This document shows positions 56,373 through 63,432 of a DNA stretch of 63,432 nt, in pieces; the first letter of the stretch is position 1, and every line of letters starts with the position of its first letter. This DNA comes from Octopus bimaculoides (lineage: Eukaryota). The DNA is taken from assembly GCF_001194135.2 (NCBI RefSeq), contig NC_068984.1:35027583-35091014 (forward strand), given 5' to 3'. Both the position numbers and the translations under genes were made by a program. Below the pieces are notes generated by a model that did not search any database, was not told the DNA's origin, and saw only the letters and a list, made by a program, of their open reading frames with translations.

Positions 56373-56663
56373 AAGCTGGTCAGCTGACACAGTCAGAGCG
56401 AAGGGTAAAATGCCTACCGGCATTTTTTCCGACTCATTATGTTCTTCAAGCTCTGCTAGGCTCAGCATCCTCTTTCATTTATCCAGGACTCGATAAAATG
56501 AAGTGCCTGACGAGTCCAGGGGCCATTTGTATCGACTATCCACCTTGTTCGAATCTGCAAAATGTGCCAACATTTGACACAAATATAAATAATAGTGATG
56601 ATCGTTGTAATAACTATAACAGCAACAACTTATTTTGTTTGCACAGGGGTACAGCGAGGGTGA

Positions 56664-56717
<54 letters not shown>

Positions 56718-56797
56718 CATCATTATTTTTATTATTGTAATTATTGTAATTATTATTATTATAATCATTATTATTATTATCATCATCATCATCATCA

Positions 56798-56886
<89 letters not shown>

Positions 56887-57146
56887 GATTATTGTTGATG
56901 TTGTTATTATTGTTGTTGTTATTATTATTAAGACGACGAGCTGGCGGAATCGTTAGCAAACCGAGTGAAATGTTTAGCGGTATTTTGTCTGTCGCTACGT
57001 ATTGAGTTCAAATTCCACCGAGGTCGACTTTGCCTTTCATCCTATTGGTGTCGATGAAATAAGCAGCATTTGCGCACTGTGGTCGTTGTAATCGACTAGC
57101 CCCCTTCCCCCAAAACTTTCCGAAGCATTGTGCGTGGAGAAGAAAT
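55823..57146 (+). mobile_element. Four head-to-tail SINE family A copies separated by (ATT)n-rich tracts
   Basis: Copies at about 55823-56018, 56069-56273, 56373-56580 and 56930-57146. Confidence 0.85.
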
Positions 57147-57403
57147 ACTAATAGTAATAAGAATGATTATTATTATGATTATTACTATTATTATTATTAT
57201 TGTTGTGGTGGTTGTTGCTGTTCCTCGCCATCATCTATATAACCACTTTTTCCGCTCTCGTAGTTGTCACAGTTGTTTAGGCCTACTTGACTCCGGATCC
57301 AGGGCATTACATTAATGAGCACGCCGTATTTTTTTAGGAATCACCACTGCCACCACAAACACCGCCGTAGTTGCTGCTGCAGCGTCTGCTACTACTGCTG
57401 CTG

Positions 57404-57436
<33 letters not shown>

Positions 57437-59425
57437 CTACTACTACTACTACTTCTACTTACCTACCTCACTCACTAACTAAGTAACTAGTTAACTAATT
57501 AACTTAATTAACTAATTTATGACTTTCTGATTGTCAAGGTGTTCGCGTGTTCGCCTGTTACACTTTCAACAATATTAATTTTGCTATTAGGTTGAAGTTA
57601 TTGATATCTTTAATATAACGAATAAGTGTTCTAAACCACTTTAATTTTCTCCATCAATATCCTACTACTATCAGTCTATCCATCTATATATGTTTGCTTG
57701 TCTGTCAGTTAATCTATAATACCGTTTGTATGAGTGTGTGTGTGGATTTGTGTAAGTGTGTATGTATGCATATATACGTTTCAGGAAATTGTGGATAAAC
57801 CCTAGGCTGATAGTCCTTCAAAAATAGACCAAACGGGTGATGTTTTCTGATGCTCAGATTTTCTCCGCGAATATCGTTAATAATCTACTCTATTCAATAG
57901 AAAACTCAAAGGTAAGAATCACTGTTAAATTTGACAAGACTGCAAGCCGTCTGCAAGCGCCTGGAAAAGTTTCCGTAGAACAGGCGTTAAATCTTGCCCT
58001 CTGATTAACTCAGGACTACAGCTTCATCTAAAACGTAAGCTCTTAAAAAAATACATATATGAGAGAATAACAAAACGTATAAAAAGAAATCACACCTATG
58101 TATTGATCAAGAATCTGTCGAGATTTCAAATCCCCAACACATGTCCTTGCATCATCAGCCACATATTCGGTCCAGCAGCAGTTACCTAAAGCCAATACAC
58201 CCTTGGTTACGACATTGGCCTATAATAAAAGGTGGAGTTCATGTAGGCGGTCGTTATCTTTTCTCCTCTATTCCTGTATAAGAATTCCATCAGGCTCATA
58301 ACTTACATTTACTATTCATCTAGAGTTTCCAACTAGACCAAATCGCAAACTTAAGCGCATCGCCAACCTAGTACCAGACAACGGTTAGCTAACAAAAACT
58401 TGCCTTTTTACGTGACGAAATGCAAGCCTATTACCTTGGTCGGTCTTATTTTAACCCAAGATATCGTCTCGTGTTCCTTTAGAACACTACTTCGACTACT
58501 GTATGATAAAATAACAATGACATCTTTTGTGTACTTTTGTATTCTTGTTTGAACGGGAGAACTGTAGATTCTGTAACACAGTTTTCAGAATTAGTACATA
58601 AAGAGAAATGAACAAAAGAAAAAAAAATCACATGGTCGCCTCTGACGTAGTAAGTATGCTACTTCAAACTGCTTTAATGTATAATAATTTAGTTTTTCCT
58701 TTCAACAAATGTCGGTGTTATACAAAAGCCGTCTAACCTCAGGTAATGGAATCAAAGCCAACTGAATTGAGGGTAACGGTGAATTGGTGATGGTCAACCC
58801 TGGCATTAATGCATTCTTACATTGGTTGATAGACAAATTAGTCGTCTTCATAAGTAGGAATGTTATTATCAGCAGAAGAACAAATGACCAAGAATTGAAT
58901 TTAGAGAGTAAACAGACAAAATAAGATGTTTTGCCGGTCTTTCACTACTCTCAGTAATATTTTCTTATGATTTCAAACACTGGAATCACTTTATGCACAT
59001 GATGAGATGGTCTATGGTCCGTTAACTAGAACCCATTACTGTACATACATTATTTTATTGACAGCTGCAGGATCAGATACACATGGAAGATATCAACATA
59101 TATTGATTACGATGATAATGCTTAATACTGATGATGAAAATAGTTCTAGTGACACTCCAAATTTTAGCACCAGTAAAGCAACTGCTACTTTTAACGTTGT
59201 CTCTACTGTTAATGTCGATGATGATGATGATGACGACGATGATGATGATGATGATAATGATGATGATGATGATGACAGGGTATGATAGAAATAATGATTG
59301 TCTTACTATTCTTAAAGATTTCCTAGTCTATTTTGCTAGTTATGTTTGTCAGCCGAGAGTGTTATCATTGATGTTCAGAGCAGTGTCATTGTCAGTATTG
59401 ATATTGATGAGATCGATCACGAAGA

Positions 59426-59810
59426 GAGCTGGACGAATCATTACCTCGTCAAACAAAACTCTTAGCGGCATTTAGTCCGTCTTTACCTTCTGAGCTCAAA
59501 TGACGCCGTGCCTGACTTTGCTTTTATCCTTTCGGGGTTGAGGAATATCTTCTTGATATGCACTGTGGTGGAAGTAATCGACTAGCCACATCCCTCCACT
59601 TTTCAAGCCTTCCGCCTATTACAGCACACTGGACGAAATGCTTAGCTACATTTCGCCCGTTGCATCGTTTAGAGTTCAAATTCCGCCGAGGACGACTTTG
59701 AATTTCATCCTTTCAAGCTCGATAAATTAAATACCACTCAAATACTGAAGTCGATATAGTCGACTGATCCTTCCCACCACATTTCAGGCCTTGTGCCTTT
59801 ACTAGAAAGG
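59426..59810 (+). mobile_element. Two tandem SINE family A copies followed by an (ATT)n tail
   Basis: Units at about 59426-59612 and 59622-59810; the second ends CCTTGTGCCTTTACTAGAAAGG-(ATT)n. Confidence 0.8.
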
Positions 59811-59872
<62 letters not shown>

Positions 59873-59874
<2 letters not shown>

Positions 59875-60150
59875 CTTCGTAATACAGTGTAGGTAAATAT
59901 GCACCGGAGTCTTTAGTCGCAACAAGGACCTCAGATAGATAACGCTTCCTTAAGATATGCGCTGTGCCCAATAAGGCTGCTTTTTGCAAGACATCAATCT
60001 TGCATGGGATTTTCAGTTGCCTTAAGAAGACTTGAAGCTAAAATGAGATTGAGCTCAAGGCTCCGATCACCACTGGTATCACTTTAACATTATACTCTCG
60101 CGTTCCATAGACTCTTGACATGTCCACTTTCAATTCGGAGTACTTGGCGA
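59873..60150 (-). mobile_element. 3' end of an RLE-type non-LTR retrotransposon (R4/Dong or related clade), 5'-truncated
   Basis: Reads IAKYSELKVDMSRVYGTREYNVKVIPVVIGALSSISF*LQVFLRQLKIPCKIDVLQKAALLGTAHILRK, matching the KY..L / P.VIGALG / QKAALLGTA.ILR pattern of RLE C-termini; followed by (AAT)n. Confidence 0.85.
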
Positions 60151-60274
60151 TTATTATCATTATTTTTTTATTTATTTATCATTTCATTATTATATGTAAA
60201 CTCCAAAACTTTATGCCTGCCTCTGTATTTCTGTATTTACCCGTCATCTTTCGCCTACGTGGCAAATATATGAA

Positions 60275-60440
<166 letters not shown>

Positions 60441-61667
60441 CGGCTCATGTACTTTTTTTTTTTTTTTTTGGAGTGGGATCGGATCGGTCAAAAAGAGTTC
60501 AAATGTCTACTACTACTAGCAGCGAAGAACAGCAACAGTGATCAGATGCATAGTGTTTAAAGATATTTGTGTGCATTGCCCCCTTTCAACTATATACAAA
60601 TAAACGTACAATATTGTGGTTGAAAATAGCCTTTGAAAATGAAGTCTGCATTGGTGGTAAAGATTAGGGTATATTATTTACCGTAGTTGGACGAGTAATT
60701 ATTTGTTGAATGATAATATCGAGAAGAGCGTTCGTATCCATTCTGCTCAGTTTCTTTTTTAATCACCGGTTGGGATTTGGACCTCAAGCCAGCTGAAAAT
60801 AGAAAAAAAATATACTCCTTTGTTAAAAGTACATCGGCTTATGCTTTGGAATCAGTGTTTGACTTATGAACAACAAAGCATTTCTGAAGTAATCTTCGAT
60901 GTTAGCCGCATCAAGAGAACGGAGGATAATGCTTATGAACAAACTAAGGTTAATCATGTATTACTAGTATATCGCAGTGCTGGAGTGGGGAAAATAGGAC
61001 ATTTACATTCAGATCTTTACTGACGAAAAGCGCTACTCTTCCTTATTTCCGAATTATGTACTCAGTTGTATTTTAGTACATAATATGACATAGGTACTTC
61101 TGTATCCAATATGTGTGGGGTCAGGTATGTTTCACTTAGCGCTACATATATTGTCTTTATCTGAGTATATGGTCTCTAAGGTATAATGCTTTCGTTCGAT
61201 TTGTGAAGTGTGAAGGACGTAGGTATACCCCAAGAAAAGTCCACTGAAAATGACAAAGCAACTATACTCTGGGATATATGCCAATACACACAAAGAGAGC
61301 GATCAATGACCTTTAGGCTTAGTTTTTGTCACGTTGACTGACATTCCTTTCTTGCAAGATTGACAATTGTTTCGCTGGCTAGTAAGCTAGTAATGGGAAT
61401 AGATTCATCTTCATCTCTTGAACAGGGTTATAGTTTTGAGGGAACATGTGGAGACAGAATAAGTTTGGAATGGGTATATACGCCGATTCCGTACTCAATG
61501 ACTGATGCTGCGTATTTCTGCTCTGTTACCTTTAGAAGAGAAGCGCTATTACATTTCGAAGAGATGCATAGCAATTTTAGCAGACTGATTCGGAAGAGTA
61601 GAGGAGACTAACGAAAAATTTACTCGCATCAATTCAGCCAGGCTCTCACATGTATAGCCATTGTGTT

Positions 61668-61795
61668 TGTGGGATTGATATAATCGACTACCGCAACTCC
61701 CGTCAAATTTCAGGCTTTGTGCTTGTCGTAGAAAGGATTATTATTAATACCGGGGTTGATCTAATCGACTATCCCCGTCTCACACATTTCAACTG
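61668..61795 (+). mobile_element. Two SINE family A 3' fragments
   Basis: GATATAATCGACTA..AAATTTCAGGCTTTGTGC..GTAGAAAGGATTATT, then GGGGTTGATCTAATCGACTA. Confidence 0.7.
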
Positions 61796-61989
61796 GGGTG
61801 GTATCATATAGCCTTTGGGATTCCATATGCAATTTTATTGTTAAAATTGTATGTACAACGAATTGCTTATTCTTCTAGAGTAAGAACACGTTTATATGTG
61901 TAAGAAATGGCTATAGAGGCCCTGTAGAGTAATCTAGGAATTAAAAACGGTTCATAGGCCAAAAATGTTTCAAAAACACTGATTTCACC

Positions 61990-63130
61990 GATGATATTGA
62001 TAATTCATGTTCCAGTTAGTTCTGCTATCATAGTCATAGTGTTGTGATATCGTTCTTCCAGTCGCACTAGTACCGTTGTGGTGTTGATGGTGGTCTTGTG
62101 ATTTTAGTACAGTTGTTATGGTGTTAGCATGGTGTGCTGTGAGTGGTAGTGCTTTTGTGGTGCATGAAATATTGCTATAATACAGCTGGTCTTGATGTGG
62201 TATTACTGCGTTGGTTGTGTTGCAGGTTGTTTTCCTTTTAATAGCTTGGGTCTGATGATTTTTTTGTGTAACCATATATGGTACTATTACTGCAAGTTAA
62301 GTTGTGATAATAGCACTGTAATTATCACCTCGGTATTGCAGTTATGCTGATCGTAATGTGGTTATAGTGGGGTTAATATGTTTGTAATAGCAGTAAGTTT
62401 ACCGTGATGCGGTGGTGTTGGTCGTGGTGGTTACTTTGTTAAAGTAGTAGCAGTGTTATATTGCATTCCATATGACTGTGTTTTAGGTTCTGAGGTTCTG
62501 GTGTTAGTAGCATAGTTGTGATATTGTAATATTGACGTAGTGGTGGTGGCAGCGGTGGCATTGGGAAGGTAACAGTGCTGTAATGGTCAATAATTATAAT
62601 GTTGGTATTGCGAATAGTGATAATGATTATGATAACCACACTATTTGTAATAATGATAGTGTGGTCAGGCTGGCCGTTGTGATGACGAAGAGGTAGTGTG
62701 TGTCTGCCTGAAAATATATATATATAAAGCAGTGTTAGATGGTTATGAAACATGGTTTTGTGATTGAATAGTAGTGTTGCTACAGAGTGGTTGCGTTAGT
62801 GATATTTTGTGGGTTATGATATCAATTGTGTTTAGATCACATTAGTGATCTGTCGCCAGAAGGTATGTAGGGGAAGACGAAGAGGATGATAATGTGGAGG
62901 AGGGGAACAGGAAGATGAAGATGGGGACGATGAGAATAACGCTGGTGTTGGTGGTGTTTGATGGTGGTGTTGATGATGATGATGTTGATGAATAAGTCGA
63001 TGACAGCAATGTCGTTGGTGGTAGAATGACAATCACGATCGCACGTTTTACAAGTGTCGGTAGCAACAGTAACGGAGATATTTTTCAGCTACATTGATGG
63101 TAAGAGTTAATTGTGACGGATAAGGTATTC
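61990..63130. repeat. Old, highly degenerate GT-rich trinucleotide low-complexity region
   Basis: GTG/GTT/GAT/TAG triplets dominate; ORFs are His/Thr/Ile-biased with no recognisable motif. Confidence 0.6.
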
Positions 63131-63432
63131 TTTATGTTTCTCACCCAAAACAATGAGATTAGTATACATAGGAGAAACTCGTTTTGAGGTATATGAAAGT
63201 GCATTAACCAATATGTCATTCCTTACTTAAGAGGGTCGATTATAGAAGGAAGGTTAGTAGATTAGATTACTGATTTTAGTCAATCAAGCGTCAAATTAGG
63301 ATACTTTGTGTTGCCGTTTTTGAGAGATATTATGACGGGAATATGGATGGTGTCATAGATATTAATTGTTCTTTTAAAAATGATGCTAAAAGCGGTGGTG
63401 TTGAAGATGATGATAATAAGAAGAATGGGGGG

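Larger units (their letters stand above)
50270..57460. repeat. About 7-kb block of degenerate trinucleotide repeats (GCT/GTT/CTA/ATT/GTA) with interspersed SINEs
   Basis: Homopolymeric-amino-acid ORFs on both strands and in several frames; triplet periodicity visible throughout. Confidence 0.9.

Noticed and set aside
50368-56898. Poly-Leu/Val/Thr/Ile/Gln ORFs as a real low-complexity protein
   Set aside because: Overlapping ORFs on both strands, interrupted by SINEs, no unique domain; explained by trinucleotide repeats
55823-57146. CRISPR-like repeat-spacer array
   Set aside because: Units are about 200-bp diverged SINEs and the spacers are microsatellites; eukaryotic context, no cas genes

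Overview
AT-rich eukaryotic non-coding DNA, with no intact protein-coding gene and nothing prokaryotic (no CRISPR, rRNA or tRNA gene seen). Dense di-, tri- and tetranucleotide microsatellites, 16 N-gaps mostly flanked by microsatellites, and SINE families I recognise from octopus genomes suggest an intergenic or large-intron region of a short-read Octopus assembly (inference). Almost all ORFs in the supplied track are microsatellite or N artefacts. Supportable content: three mariner derivatives, a fold-back MITE, about 20 tRNA-type SINE copies from three families, a 5'-truncated R4/Dong-like LINE inside an (AAT)n array, a perfect 90-bp palindrome and a 7-kb degenerate trinucleotide block. The most interesting signal is two unrelated palindromic elements (10492-10639 and 30355-30625). 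Each carries a compact type I hammerhead-ribozyme fold next to the palindrome axis, as known for Penelope-like retroelement termini, with non-canonical cores (CCGAUGA; CUGAUGA plus an extra A). A few splice-site-flanked exon or microexon candidates are reported at low confidence.
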